From Octopus bimaculoides (Eukaryota), in contig NC_069000.1 of assembly GCF_001194135.2 (NCBI RefSeq), forward strand, positions 1,624,405 through 1,688,404: a stretch of DNA of 64,000 bases, given 5' to 3'. The translations under genes and the position numbers were made by a program. Shown here piece by piece: positions 25,134 to 39,674 of the stretch; positions within the stretch are counted from its first letter, which is position 1, and the number at the start of each line of letters is the position of its first letter. Below the pieces are notes generated by a model. The model had not been told where the DNA came from, did no database searches, and saw only the letters and a program-made list of their open reading frames with translations.

Positions 25134-26126
25134 TAGCTGATGGAGTGTTCATTACATCATGATGGTCTCTCATTTTCAACAAGATATTCTTGATTGTGAA
25201 ACCACTTGATGAGAACGGAAGGAATGTATGAATAGATAACAATTTGGTAGACTGATGGAATTAAGGCTAAGAGACTTGGTTTGTTTTTCTTTTTTTCTGT
25301 TTTTCTTTTTCATTCTTTTTCTTTTTTGGACAATGTTGTATTTAATGACACTTTATGAAAAGCAGGGAAAGTCAAGGAGAATCGAAAATGAGATTGTTAA
25401 CAATAGGAAACTTACCTATTTGTGATGGCTGAATGGATAATGAATCAACTTGTCTTTCGATAAAGATCTATAAACCAAATCTAGCACAAGTCTGCACTGC
25501 ATGCTATTGTTTAGTTCCAGATCAGTCCTGATCGAGCAGACCTATGATCAAATGCATTCCAGACATGACCATCCCTCTTTTATTACAGACATAGTCTACC
25601 TTAGAATGCATTATCCAATGTATCCATTCATTCATTCGTTTATATTTTTAAAAGATAGTTGGATGTGATTTGGGGTATATCTGGCTGCTATTTCTAGTAG
25701 ATTGACCAAATGACCACACAGAGCAGGTGTTTTCAATCAATTTGCCATGGAACACATTTGTGTCACCTATGGTGCACAAGTGTGCCACCAGTTTTCGAGC
25801 AGTGTCAGAATCTCTTTTGTCTTTACTTTCTATCTTTTACTTGTTTGTCAATGGACTACGACCAAGCTGGGGCACCACTCTGAAGGATTTAGCTGAAGAA
25901 ATTGGCCTCAGAATTTATGATTTTTAAAAAAGTCTACAACATGTTCTATCAGTCTCTTTTACAGAACTGCTAAGTTATGGGGATGTAAACAAACCCAGCA
26001 GCGGTACTGGAGGTAGGGACAAACACAGAGACACACATACAAATGACAGGCTTCCACACAGTTTCCATTTATCAAATTCTCTCAAGGCTTGTGGCTATAG
26101 CAGAAGACACTTGCCCAAGGTGTTCC

Positions 26127-26225
26127 ACTTGTCCCAGAAACCATGTTTAAGGGTAAAGTGTCTGTTACTTTTTTTTCTTCTTTTTAACAGACCCTTTACC
26201 CTTAAACATGGTTTCTGGGACAAGT
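26127..26225. repeat. Inverted repeat: 41-bp arms, 17-nt pyrimidine spacer
   Basis: ACTTGTCCCAGAAACCATGTTTAAGGGTAAAGTGTCTGTTA / TAACAGACCCTTTACCCTTAAACATGGTTTCTGGGACAAGT, one mismatch. Confidence 0.92.
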
Positions 26226-28647
26226 AAGTAATGTAAGGAGTAATAACACAACAAAACATAAACATGTGACATTAACTCTTATAAAACGTGTTAATACCGA
26301 GAAGGAAACCCTAAACAAGCTAAAGAATAGGGGACTTGTTCACATGGCATCAGGTCATGTCCACACACACTGAAGGGCCCATACGACACATCTATGGCTC
26401 AGCCCTCCTCCAAACCCTGTACACCTTAACTACAGGACTGTCATCTGCTATTTGACCCATCACTAGCGCCCTTGGCAGGTACTTCCACCCCAGGGCCAGT
26501 GATCTTAGGAGTAGCTCCATACTCCCTGAAACACTTCAACTCCCATGCTGGAGCATTACCACCAGATGCAGTTTCATGCCTTACCCTAAACTTTTATGCC
26601 TTACAAATAGTTAGAAATCTTGGATTGATGAAGTAAAAAGATTTTCAAGAATTTACAAGCATTCTTCAAATATCTCAATGCTACAAAATATTATCCCTGA
26701 ACACAGTAAAAGTTGTCTTTCAGTTTTAGTTGCAGGGCCATGCTGCAGCACACTGCCGCAGTGTACATTAAATAAATATAGTTTTAATTTCTTCTCATAA
26801 AAGTACCAGTGAATCAGACATGTAGTACGGGGGGGGGGGGGCAACTCGTCATAAATAAAGAATTACGTGACATTTAATATTAAATGTCATAAGTATTGAG
26901 AGAGAGAGGGAGAGAGAGAGAGAGAGAGAGGGAGAGAGACAAAGAAAATATCAAGAGCATCTCATATAGAACCGATTATATCTTGAAATCTGAAGTATTT
27001 AGACATATAGTTTACACATTTAGGTAATTAATTATAGATGCACATGCACACATACACACACGTCACTATTGACCAGACTATCAGATGTTGTCGTTATACA
27101 TCACTGGTCACAATGCACTTTGCATTGTTTTAGCTTTCGAGTGATGCCACTCTGCTGGCTGGCTGAGCAGGCCACCCCCCCCCAATCGGAACGCTAGTGC
27201 ATCACAGGGGGGTATCCATTTACAGTTGAGTGAACAGGAGCAATGTGGAGCACTACTTGGTCTGGGAATTGAACCCATGATCTAGCTATCATGAGTGCAA
27301 TATCTTGACCACTAGGCCAAGCACCTTCACACACACATATATACACACACACGTGTGTATATGAGATGCACACAACGTATATAACAGCTTTATAAATGGT
27401 ACCACAAATAAGAGTGGAAAAGACATTAATATTAATATTATCAGTACTAAGTTCCATGGCTAAGTTTTATCTGAAAAATGGTCTATTTAGCATGAAACCA
27501 AATATATATTACTTTCATGCTACATATTATATATATATGTATGTATGTATAAATAAATATATATATCCCTTTGGTTTTATGTTTTTATGTTTGTCTGGGT
27601 TAGATGAAACTTGCAAAGAAACTGAGAAATATTGATGACCTCAAGCAACTTATTCGAGATGTGTTATAGCAGACTTAAGCCTTCGGAACCATTTGTGTTG
27701 TGACATTGGTCAAAGCATTCTCTCATGTTGTAGAGAATGCATTGAAGCAGGTCGTTTACAGTTCAAACATTATCGGTAATTCATTTACTATTATTTACGA
27801 TAGCATTTTATTGTTATTAACCAAAATTAACCAGAACCATTTTAATAATAAATTTCTGGACTGTTCACTAATTGCTTTGTCTTAATTGTTATTGTTAAGT
27901 AACTGTATAATGACTTTATTGCCCCCCCCCCCCTGTATATACATACACAAATGTAACATAGGGGATAGGTGAAAAAACAGAATAAACCTCTTTGTGATGT
28001 TTTTTATCATTACTATACAAGTGCTGAGTGAGGTTTAAGATGTTGTGTGGCTGACTAGAAATTAAGAATCTATAAAAAGATGACTCCTCACAGTTCCATA
28101 TCAGCTAGAAATTGGCACTGGTTTTGCTTCATCAAATTTGATATAATAACATTCTCTACTGATATAACTTTGTACATTGGATGGGTTGCCAAAGCTATAC
28201 CCAGAATCTTGGTATCGGTTCTTTCTTTCTTCTTGCACTCATGATGACAGTAACTCAAGTCTGAGATTTAAATCAGCTCAGTGTTAAGAATACCACTTTG
28301 CTCTATTCCATTCATATTGATATTACTCTTTTATTTGTTTCAGTCATTTGACTGTGGACATGCTGGAGCACCGCCTTTAGTTGAGTAAATCGACCCCAGG
28401 ACTTATTCATTGTAAGCCTAATACTTATTCTATCGGTGTCTCTTGTAGAGAGGTGTGCAAATTAAAAACTGTAAAAAGTGTAAACATAAGCATGAGGTTG
28501 ATAATGAGTTTGTGAGTGAGAGTGAATGAGTGAGTGAGTGCATGGGTGAGAGAGTGAGTGGGAGTGAAGTGAATATGTGCATGATTGTGAGAGTAAGTAC
28601 ATGAGTGCAAGCATGAATGAATGAGTGAACAAGCACGTCTGCAAACG

Positions 28648-28682
<35 letters not shown>

Positions 28683-29414
28683 CAGAGAAAGAGAGAATGT
28701 GTGCGTATATGAGAGCGTGAGTGAGTGAGTGTGCCTGCCTCAAGCTCAATTAGCAGAAGACTTTCCAAGAAAACAAGAAATGCCTTGCTCCCGGTTCCAA
28801 CTTTGGAACCACCCACACGGTCATATATAAATAGCTATCAACATGGTGTGCAGCTAGGTATGAAGAATGGCTTTTCCAAGAGATTTCTGCGAAAAGGTGG
28901 AACGGAGAGGAATCTCAGTCAGGATGATCAGAATGAAAAGAAGAGATAACAGAGAGACAATGGAGTAAATGTTTGTAGTTAACCGAGGGGAGGAGGAGGA
29001 GGAGACAAGTAATAGTGTGTACTTATTTACATGATAAGAAAATAAACTTTTCTTACCCCCCCCCCCCACACTTTATTAATCTTCTGGGTGTTTTTTGTTT
29101 CTAAACAATCTTTTCAGATGTTTATGAAACGGATACAGTATCAGGTGTGTGAATTGTAATCTGTTAATAGCCAGAGTCGAGGGCCTACACGCTGCTACAA
29201 ACCACTAGCAGCCGGCAACCATAGCATCTTTCTTAGATTTCATGTGTGTGTGTGTGTGCGCGTGTGCACGAGTGTGTGTGTCTGTGTGTGTCTGTGTGTG
29301 CATCTGTACTGTTCCTTTTTACATGTCTTTTCCCCTGCTAACATGTTTTACAACTAGATGCCCTTCCTCTTTCTAATCTTTACTTATTATTCATGTGAGA
29401 GATTTCTTATATTT

Positions 29415-29716
29415 TCGAGCGAGATTGTTGCCAGTGCCGCTGGACAGGCTCCTGTGCAGGTGGCACGTAAAATACACCATTTTGAGCGTAGCCGTTGCCA
29501 GTACCGTGTGACTGGCCCTCGTGCCGGTGGCACGTAAAAGCACCGGCTACACACTTGGAATGGTTGGCATTAGGAAGGGCATCCAGCTGTAGAAACTCTG
29601 CCAGATCAGATTGGAGCCTGGTGCAGCCTTCTGGTTTCACCAGTTCTCAGTCAAATCGTCCAACCCATGCCAGCATAGAAAGCAGACGTTAAACGATGAT
29701 GATGATGATGATGATG
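29415..29716 (+). mobile_element. Family D short retroelement with RTE-like 3' end and (GAT)n tail; copies at 6450-6700, 10195-10260, 15545-15760, 35955-36060, 36800-37048, 42870-42975, 46470-46950, 52985-53392, 55735-55810, 62620-62720
   Basis: Recurrent TGGTTGGCATTAGGAAGGGCATCCAGCTGTAGAAAC...CAACCCATGCCAGCATGGAAA...GTTAAACGATGATGAT. RTE affinity is inferred from the GGAAGGGCATCC tail. Confidence 0.8.
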
Positions 29717-30194
29717 ATATATATATATATTATGTTTCACTTGTTTCAGTCATTAGACCGTGGCCATGCTGTGGTACTGCCTTCAAGAATTTCTTTTGAA
29801 TGAATTGATCTCAGGACTTATTCCATCTGTCTCTTGTGCCAAACTGCTAAGTTTTGGGAACATAAACACACCAACATCAAGCAGTGTGTGTGTGTGTGTA
29901 TGTGTGTGTGTGTGTGCACGTGTGCAATGTTGGCCACAGGTTACACTGAATCAGTTACAGGTCATGTCGAGTTGACCACAGGATGGTAAACAAACACCAG
30001 AAAAATCTAAACTCCTGGTTGAAATAAAGGAAAACAGAGGAAGGGGGTAGAGGGAGGGAAGGAGGAGGGCAGAGAGGGAGGAAGGAGGGTGGGAGTAGCA
30101 GGTGTAATTAGAGAAGATTCACCCAGGTACTTGTTGAAATGTATTTTTACCAAGACCCTTTCACAGGAGGTGGCTTCACACACAGTGATAGCAT

Positions 30195-30492
30195 ACTATA
30201 GAGTAGTAATAGTATCAGTGGTGGTGGTAGTAGTAGTAGCAATAGTGGTAGCAGAGATAGCGGTAGTAGTGGTAGTAGTAGCAGTTGATAGCAGTAGAAG
30301 TAGTATTAGTAGTAATGATGGTGGTGGTGGTGAAGACAGCAGTAACAGTGTAATAGTTGTAGTAGTAGCTGCAATAATGGTGGTTTGTGTAGTAGTAGTA
30401 GTAGTAGTAGTGATAGTGACAGTAATCATATTAATACTAGAACTTGTGAAAATATTAGTAGTAGTAGTGGTGGTGGTGGTGGTAGTGGTAAA
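30195..30492. repeat. Compound (GTA)/(GTG)/(GCA) trinucleotide tract
   Basis: Visible directly; source of the poly-Val and poly-Thr ORFs. Confidence 0.9.
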
Positions 30493-32333
30493 TTCATTTC
30501 ATTCAATTCTTCATTCTTTAATTCTTTTACTTGTTTCATTCGACTGTGGCCATGCTGGAGCACCACCTTTAGTCGAGCAAATCGACCCCAGGACTCATTC
30601 TTTGTGAGCCTAGCACTTATGCTATCGGTCTAGCAGACCCATCAGCCCATCAAACAAAATGCTGAGAGGCATTTCTTGCAGTTCTTTATGCTCTGAATTC
30701 AAATCCTGCTGAGGTCAACTCTGCCTTTCATCACTTCGGATTTGATAAAATAAAGTAACACTCAAGTACTGGAGTAAATCTGTTTGACTAAAACCCTTCA
30801 AGGCACTGCCCCAGCATGGCCACAGTCTAATGAATGAAACAAGTAAAAGATGAAAGATTAAAGATAAAAGATGTATGTGTCTGTAGAATGATTCAAATGG
30901 AGGATTTGTCTTGGGGTTATGTATCTTAATCTAAATTTTGTTGGTAGTACGGAGTTTGAGTTTAGTGGTCTGCATTTGTGATGTGTTCACAAGGAAAATG
31001 TGCAGGGATATGATATCGAGTATAAGGCTTTCTAAGCTGTTGTAAAGTAAGTGTAGCTTACTGGTTAAGGTATCTGGCTCCTGATCATAAGGTGAGGAGT
31101 TCAATACCTGACAGCACATTGTGTCCTTGAGCAAGATGCTTTATTGCATGTGACTCTAGTCCATTCAGCTGACAAAAATGAGCTGTACCTGTACTTCAAA
31201 AGGGCCAAACTTGTCACCTTCTGTGTCATTTTGAATCTCTTTGACAACTTTGTTAAGGGTACATGTGTTTGTGGAGTGCTCAGCCACTTGCACATTAATT
31301 TCATGAGCAGGCTGTTCCATCGACCAGATCAACTGGAACCCTCATCACTGTGCTAGTTTAAAATAAGGGAGTGAGATGGGCCCTGCACAATTGGGTTCTT
31401 GTCGGGTTTTAGAATTATAGTGATATTTGCAGAGTTTGCCAACTGGATTCTTCAAGCCACAGCTTCAGTCTTGGCATTGAAACTGCGAGTCTGGCAAACA
31501 CAGAAAGAGCTGAGATAAGAAATCAAATACTTTAATGCTATGCAGCCAGAGTTTTAGTTTTTGTATCGCAATGAAATCTCAAGACTTTTTAGTGTTTTGA
31601 GCAGGATATAATTGCTTTATGAATGAGTGTTTTCAACTGAGAGGATTATATACAAGTATACACACCCACTATTGTCTATATAAAGAATAAGACCAGCAGG
31701 TGAATGGCTAAATTGGTAGAGGCGAACAGTTGAACAAAATATTTGTGGTGCTAGGTTTGGAGTGTGTGTGTTTTAGGTTCAAATCCTGCAGTATCAAATA
31801 AATATCAGTAAAACGAAATAGATGTCAGTTCCAGTTGATAAAATAAATACAGAAAGGTACTGGGGTGGGGAGGAGAGTATAGCTGACACAATTCAAGGAA
31901 TGAAACAACAATGTCTATGTATAGAAGTACATATTTACACATCACAAAGACACCTGGTGACGGTTTATAACAGCAAACAGTTAGTACAAACAAGTTGGTT
32001 TCATTTCTCCCCAATAAACAATACAGTGCAAAAAGATGCACATCTGCATGACAAAATAATTTAGTCCACTTTGTGGACATTTTGTACCATGGGAATAGCC
32101 ACATTGATGTGGCTCTAGAATGGTCGTATCTCAGTGACTGCAGCCAATCGTTAAAGGTTTAAAAGGCTATATATTGCTGGTGAAGAAGACTCAAGATCAA
32201 ACAAGCTAGCTGCTTATTTGGATGTTGGTTTATAGGGGAGTCACAATGTGTTGACAATGAAATGCTAAACAGACAACTATCTAAAGGTACATATGCTCAC
32301 AGCCCTCGTTCTGTAAGTATGTGTGTGTGTGTG

Positions 32334-32411
<78 letters not shown>

Positions 32412-32971
32412 CACAGAGAGTAAAGGTAATGAACAAAAACAAAAAGACAACACAGGCGGAACAAGTTATATATAAATATATATACTTGTAATTTTTGTAC
32501 AAAAACAAAAGAACTTGTGTTAAGAGTCTGTCACAGGGGTGTGTGTTGGTAGACCAGATTGCAGCTGACTGATGGCAAACTGCATGAAACCTTTCAGTAT
32601 GAGAAAATAATCCAGTTTACCAACATACAATCATCTCTCTCATATATATAAGAAACATACACAAACATACACTCGGGGTGATAAATATTGGTAGCTGTGC
32701 ATATTTGTTGCAATGGAAGCCTGCCAAAAAACCCAAAAAGAACGCATCACAAGCAGAGTGGTGGCGGTGGTGGTGGTGGTGGGTCCTCGCTCAGTACATC
32801 TACCCTATCAGCTATGCCATCGTTTCACGCTGACTGAAGCAGGCATATTAAGCAAGTAGAAGAGTTATTTTTACTCGTATTTGGGTTCAGTATGATAAGA
32901 CAAGAGATACGATGTCAGCCGGAGGGGGGGGGGAGAGAAGAGGGCATCTGAGAGGAACTAAATATCCAATA

Positions 32972-33002
<31 letters not shown>

Positions 33003-33244
33003 GCAGACAGCCAACCACTGAGATGATAAAACACCACCACATCTCACCGATGGTGGCCACGCCCCACATGACCTCACACACTTGTGTCTGCAAGTAAATA
33101 GAAGCACCATCCAAAGATGGTGGATTTCATAAATGCTCCAAACTTTCCAATTTTCCACACCGGCTTAAAATCCAATGTTTATGTCGTGAGGGGAAGTCGA
33201 GGTTTATGCTAGTGTGTGTTTGTGTATGTGAGTGTATCTGTGCA

Positions 33245-33547
33245 AAGGCACATGGCACAGTGGTTAGGGTATTCAGCTCATGATTCTAAGGTGGTGGGTT
33301 CAATTCCTGTTGATGCATTGCGTCCTTGAGCAAGACACTTTATTTCACATTGTTCCAGTCCACTCGGCTGGCAACAGTGAGTAGTACCTGTAATTCACGG
33401 TGTCAACCTTGTCACATTCTGTGTCACACTGAATCTCCCTGAGAACTAATGTTGAGAATACACGTCTGTGGAGTGCTCAGCCACTTGCAGGCTGTTCCGT
33501 TCATCGGATCAACTGGAACCCTCGTCATCGTAACCGACAGAGTGCCA
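33245..33547 (+). mobile_element. SINE family G (tRNA head with A and B boxes, CORE-like segment); copy at 31051-31350, related heads reversed at 27060-27330 and 46100-46350
   Basis: A-box-like TGGCACAGTGG (33253-33263), B-box GGTTCAATTCC (33297-33307), then GTCCTTGAGCAAGACACT and a shared 3' GGATCAACTGGAACCCTC. Confidence 0.85.
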
Positions 33548-33814
33548 GTACATATATATACACACACATATATATAAACATAACCATCATACACACATAA
33601 TCATACACACACACACACACACACACACGCATAAATTAATATATCAGCTGCATCACTCAGCAGTTACTCTGCAGTTTCCCCAGGCAACCTGTATACCAAA
33701 CAGCTCCCTAACTGATACACTCACACACATCTATACACATCCCTTACTTTCTGCATCAAATGTTCTGAATAAGAAATATTATATGTACCTGTATTTTGGA
33801 AGAGTTACTCTTTA

Positions 33815-33875
<61 letters not shown>

Positions 33876-34374
33876 TTTACCTTTTAAAAATCTTTGGAGA
33901 AATTATCAAAGAACTCAGATTAAAGCTATCTGTAATACTGATTGTAGTGCCAAGCCTGGAGCCAGTTGTAGACTTGGGGGTGTGGTGTGTAGGGAGGAAG
34001 GGAAGGACGAATGAACATTCAGCCTTATAAATAATTACATACTATACATATATAGACACATAACAAATACACAACTAATAGACTATACATAAACATATTC
34101 AGTTTACATCTGTTTTACCATGCTAGCATGGGTTAGATGTGTATTTATTACTGAGGTGTTGTTTTACAGTCAGACTCCTTTCCTGTAGGTAACCATTGCT
34201 TGTTTTTCAACTAAACAATTCTTTTATATTCCAAATGTTTTTGAAAGTGTGGACCTAATGGATGACCAGAGGACCATTTGTTGACAGTGAATGGTCAACA
34301 AAGGTCACTGGTTGTGGATTAGTACTTTTTCATGCAAACACACAATGTAAATATTCACACAGATAGACAGACAG

Positions 34375-34415
<41 letters not shown>

Positions 34416-35364
34416 GAGGACAGGCTTCTTTCAGTTTCCATCTACTAAATCCACTCTCAAGGCTTTGGTTGACCTGGGGCTATGGTAAAAGACACTAACC
34501 CAAGGTGACATGTGGTGAGACTGAATTGAATCTATAGATACCTAAATACCTGTATCTTCAACATCCAGTGTGATTAGCTTACATAAGAGTGAGTAGATGT
34601 CCAGATATTGTTACTGCAGGGAACTAAAGATTGTATAAAACCCTAAAGTATCTAACTATGCTTAGAATTACAATTACAATTACTATTAGTTACAAGAAAA
34701 CGATGAGAAGAAATCAGGATTTCAAGAATGAAGCATGGACATCTTGTTTAGGTTTCTTTGTTTATGGTGGTCTTGTTGCAAATATTATTTCATTGATATT
34801 GTGATTGTCCTTCGTTAGGATTCTAATTCTGGTAAGGGTAATACTCATTTAGGGGGCTCTAGTCTATGAAAGTTTTGTTGCACACACACACACACAATTC
34901 TCTATTGAAATGAAACTAGTGAAGCCATAGTGGTGAAAAATTGCACCATCAATTCCTTCTATGATATACATATGTACACACACATATAAAGTCATTTAAG
35001 AATAAACAAGTCAGAAAAATATCTGCAATCATATATTTGTCAATAGAGTGAATATATTAATATTTATACAATAGAGCACCATAGATCCATTTCAGCTAGT
35101 TTTACCTGTTGGTATTTACACACAAAAGTTCGGGAAAAACCCAATTTCAGTACCTATCAGAAGTGCTGGTGTGACTTGTTATACTCATTTACGAGTGACA
35201 GTATTGGGTTTTCCTTCTGGTATTTATTTTACTGACCCCGAAAAAATAAAAAGTTAAGTCGACCTCAGCGGAATTTGAACTCAGAACATAAAGACACGAA
35301 ATGCTGCTAAGCATTTTGCTCGGCGAGCTATAACGATTCTGCCAACCTGCCACCTTTAGTGTAT

Positions 35365-35400
<36 letters not shown>

Positions 35401-36133
35401 CTACTACTACTACTACTACTAATAATAATAGTGATATTAATAATAATAGTTACTGAGACACAGTCACACACAAACACAGTTACAATGACAGTCAGAAACT
35501 CACACAATCTCTTTATCTCTCTTTCTCTCTCTCACACACACACAATGAGATTATTTTTAGCCTTCCCACCTGTTCAAATAAAGTCATTTCTCCGGAAGAA
35601 GAACTGTCAACTGCTCAGTCCCTTTGCTTGCTAGAAATAGTAGGCAAATTTCCATCACAGCTGATCATCTGAAGGCACTGCATAATGCAGTCATAGGTAC
35701 ACAGTCTAAATAAAAGACAGGATGGTCACGATTGGAACATCTTCAATTATATGTCTGTGTTCGATCAAGGCTGAAGAACTAAAGTTAAGATGTTAACTTC
35801 GTTCTGGACCAATCAGCGAGAAAGGAATTTGTCTGACCTACAAGAAATAGCAGCCAAATCACCTTTGAAATCACACCCCAGTGTCTTTAAAATATGCAGG
35901 AGATACTTTTAGATAACAAAATCCTCAATACACTACCCCGAACATAGATGTGCCAAATCAGATTGAAGCCTGGTGTAGCCATCTAGTCCACCAGTCCTCA
36001 GTCAAATCATCCAACCCATGCTAGCATGGAAAGCGGACGTTAAACGATGATGATGATGATGTATATACATATATTGTCCCTTTCTTGTATCACCTAACTG
36101 TCTGGATGTTTTGTGTTCTTGTCCCATTCTGTA

Positions 36134-36135
<2 letters not shown>

Positions 36136-36214
<79 letters not shown>

Positions 36215-36230
36215 TAGATAAATAAATATG

Positions 36231-36265
<35 letters not shown>
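36136..36265. repeat. Long (TA)n followed by (GATA) and (TG)n; one of many (TA)/(CA)/(GA)/(GATA) microsatellites
   Basis: Visible directly. Confidence 0.95.
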
Positions 36266-37479
36266 ACACTTGGACACTTTTGATCACACATGACCCAATC
36301 ACAGCTAACCCAATGCTGAATAACAACTAAAATAGTTACATAATCAGAATACAGGTAGGCCATAAGAAGACACCTTATACTTTATTACCACAAACAAGCC
36401 ATCTATGGAATGTGTGTCTAATACACCCTTCTCATTCAAAGTTGCTCAATTGTGTAACTGCGAGTGTGCGTGTGTGTGTGCGTGCATGCGTGTCTATACA
36501 ACCTGCCAACTGACTTACTTCAAACCATGTTGCAGCCACATGTCAAATGAGGAGTACTTCAGAATGTTTTAATATTATGTACACAACATATCCGGTCGAA
36601 AGATTAATAATATAACAAGAGAACTGGTGGGAGACACACACACACACACACGTACTATACATGTATCTTCCTCTACAGCAAGACTTCTGATTCTGTTTAA
36701 CATCTTATCACCTGGTACAAAGCCACCTCCCTCGATACTACTATTCCTCAGTCATTAGAAGGGTCTTGCCTAGCAATTTACCTGGGGAACCTCACTGATG
36801 CTGATGGCACGTAAAAAGCACTATCCAAACATCATGCCAGGCCCACCTGACTGGCTCCTGTGCCAGTAGCACGTAAACAGCATCCACTACACTCTTGGAG
36901 TGGTTGGCATTAGGAAGGGCATCCAGCTGTAGAAACATTGCCAAATCAGATTGGAGCCCAGTGTAGCTGCTTGCTCTCCAGACCTCAGTCAAACCGTCCA
37001 TGCCAGCATGGAAAATGGTTGTTAAACGATGATGATGATGATGATGATGTATATGTATAAGTTTTTTTTCTTTTTTTCCTGTCCAATTAAGTGCCTAAAA
37101 TGACTCTTGTATGAAACGGTTGCTTCTGTTTTAACAGCACACAGTCTCAGAGCGAGGCACCTGCCAAACAGGTCCAACTTTGAAATGATTTATTTGACCA
37201 AGATGAAACATCATCTTTTCACCTTCAACATCTTCTTCAGCTATTTCAATCAACAGGTGACTTTACACCTGTCCATATAATAGCTACTACCAGAATCAAC
37301 ATCACTATCATGATTTTAATGGCCACCTTTCCATGGTTGCATGGTAAAGGACATTAATATGGGCCGGAGAAAGTTTATTGGGCCAGATACTCTATGGCCA
37401 TATGCTCTTTCTGTTGCCAAGCAAGGTACTATTTTCCCCATGGCCAGACATATTTTTAGCAGAATATTGGAAACAAACG

Positions 37480-38960
37480 CCATTCATATACAACAAATGC
37501 GTAATGTTAAGACAAGGTGACACACAGAAACATACGTACACACACACACGCTCGCCTGTTTGTATATTGGTGTATCCATTTGCTCTTTTACTGGTTTCAC
37601 TCATTTGACTGTGGCCATGCTGGAGCACCACCTTAAAGGACTTGAACAGCCCGAGGCTATAGTAGAAGACACTTGCCTGAGGTCCCACGCAGTGGGACTG
37701 AATCCATGAACCATACAGCCACACCTGTGCTTACACATATTATGTGTGTGTGTGTGTGTGTGTGTAGGTGTGAATATGTATGTACACACACATACACACA
37801 TGATGGGTTTCTTTTAGTTCCTAGCAACCACATCCCCTCACAAGGCAATGGTTGGCCAAGGGCTATAGTAAGAGAGAGAAACTTGCCCAAGGTGCCATGC
37901 AATGAGACTGAATCCCAAATCATGTGGTCAGGAAGTGAACTTTTTTTACAACACAGCCACACCTGCACTTTAATCTAATCTTAATCCAGCATAATCTATT
38001 AAATTCAATAACACATGTAGTTTATATCAAGGTCATAACAGTCATAGTGGCCCTCACCACAGACTTTATAAATCCTTCACCATATTTATTAATCTTTCAG
38101 CATAACACTAGCATTTTGCCATCAACCCATTCACTACCACATTTCTACTGAAAAATACTTCATTTCAATTAAGTTTGAATATAACGAAGAAATTAATAAA
38201 ATAACTGTCGTAATTAAGCTGGTGTTTAAAACATAAATTGATTTGTAATTCTTCTGGAAGGTTTTAATCAAGAGAACCTTAAAACAGGAAGTTTGTATGA
38301 TAGAAGCAGGAGCACTCTTGGGCAAGTTGGTATCAAAAGGGTTGACTCAGATTCAACTCACAGACTCACGTATGAGTAAGATCTTGATTAACTTTAAACT
38401 AAAGGGTCGGTCAGCTATTAGAGTTGGTCATACATCACATCCATGTTCATCAATAATGACTGAATGATGAAGAATTCCAAGAACTCTAAAGGTCTTGTTG
38501 AACCAAGAGTAGTGGCAGGACGTGGCCTTGCCCAAGTTGATTGATATTTGGGTAAATTGCTTAAAAAGATGCTGACCAAATAATCTTCAGTTGGTCTGAG
38601 ATGGTTGATTTACTCTTAAGCAAATGTTGAAGGGGATTCATTCAAGTTGAGCTTCTTAAAAATGCACGGAAAAGAACACCATTCATATACAACAAATGCG
38701 TAATGTTAAGACAAGGTGACACACAGAAACATACATACACACACACGCTCGCTCGCATGTTTGTATACTGGTGTATCCTCTTGCTCTTTTACTGGTTTCA
38801 CTCATTTGACTGTGGCCATGCTGGAGCACCACCTTAAAGGACTTGAACAGCCCGAGGCTATAGTAGAAGACACTTGCCTGAGGTCCCACGCAGTGGGACT
38901 GAATCCATGAACCATACAGCCACACCTGTGCTTACACATATTATATGTGTGTGTGTGTGT
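37480..38960 (+). repeat. Local direct duplication of about 280 bp (37480-37765 and 38679-38960)
   Basis: Both copies start CCATTCATATACAACAAATGCGTAATGTTAAGACAAGGTGACACACAGAAACATAC and share the same SINE C/B deletion junctions. Confidence 0.92.
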
Positions 38961-39572
38961 GTGTCTGTGGGTGTGTCTCATATTGTAAGTTTTATCGATA
39001 TTATATATCAAACAAAGGCAAACCGAATGGAGGGGAGGGGGACTATACTGATCAAAAGAACAGAGATTTAACAAACTGGATCTGAGTCAGCAAAAATTAC
39101 ACAATAAAGTTCCTGAGTTTGGACAGCTTCAGATGCCATGGAGGTGAAGGTGAAGAGAAATAGAATGTTTTGGGGACTGACCCATATGACTGCCTCCCTC
39201 TCAGAGGCAAGGGGGTCAATCCCTAAATAGTAATATTCACTTTGCTATTCCACCAGTTGTCTCCTGCTACCCAGATAAACAAACTTCTTACTGCCAATCG
39301 AAGTGGAAATAAGCGGTGTAACAGGCGAGAAAGAAGAGGTATTGTGAATATAAGTAGGGTATTCGAGAGAGAACCAATGGGAAGTCGAGTACACAAGGAA
39401 ACGATTTTAAAAAAGACATAAGAGCATGAGTGTGACAGAGATACAATAAAATAAATATGGAAATGAATGAATACATATGCTTACTCATACACACATGGAT
39501 ATACATACAATACATATATCATGTGACTGAGCAGACTATCAGATGCTACACATCGCTAGTCACAATGCGCTT

Positions 39573-39621
<49 letters not shown>

Positions 39622-39622
39622 G

Positions 39623-39674
<52 letters not shown>

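Noticed and set aside
30043-30093. G-rich purine tract with G-quadruplex potential
   Set aside because: Ordinary GGA/GGG low-complexity sequence with irregular loops; no independent support for function.
30089-30607. 172-aa Val-rich hydrophobic ORF
   Set aside because: Made of a (GTA)/(GTG) tract running into a family C SINE.
31051-33310. tRNA-like sequences at 31051, 33245, 27270-27330 and 17240-17290 as tRNA genes
   Set aside because: A/B boxes are followed by SINE bodies and no complete cloverleaf with an acceptor stem is evident.
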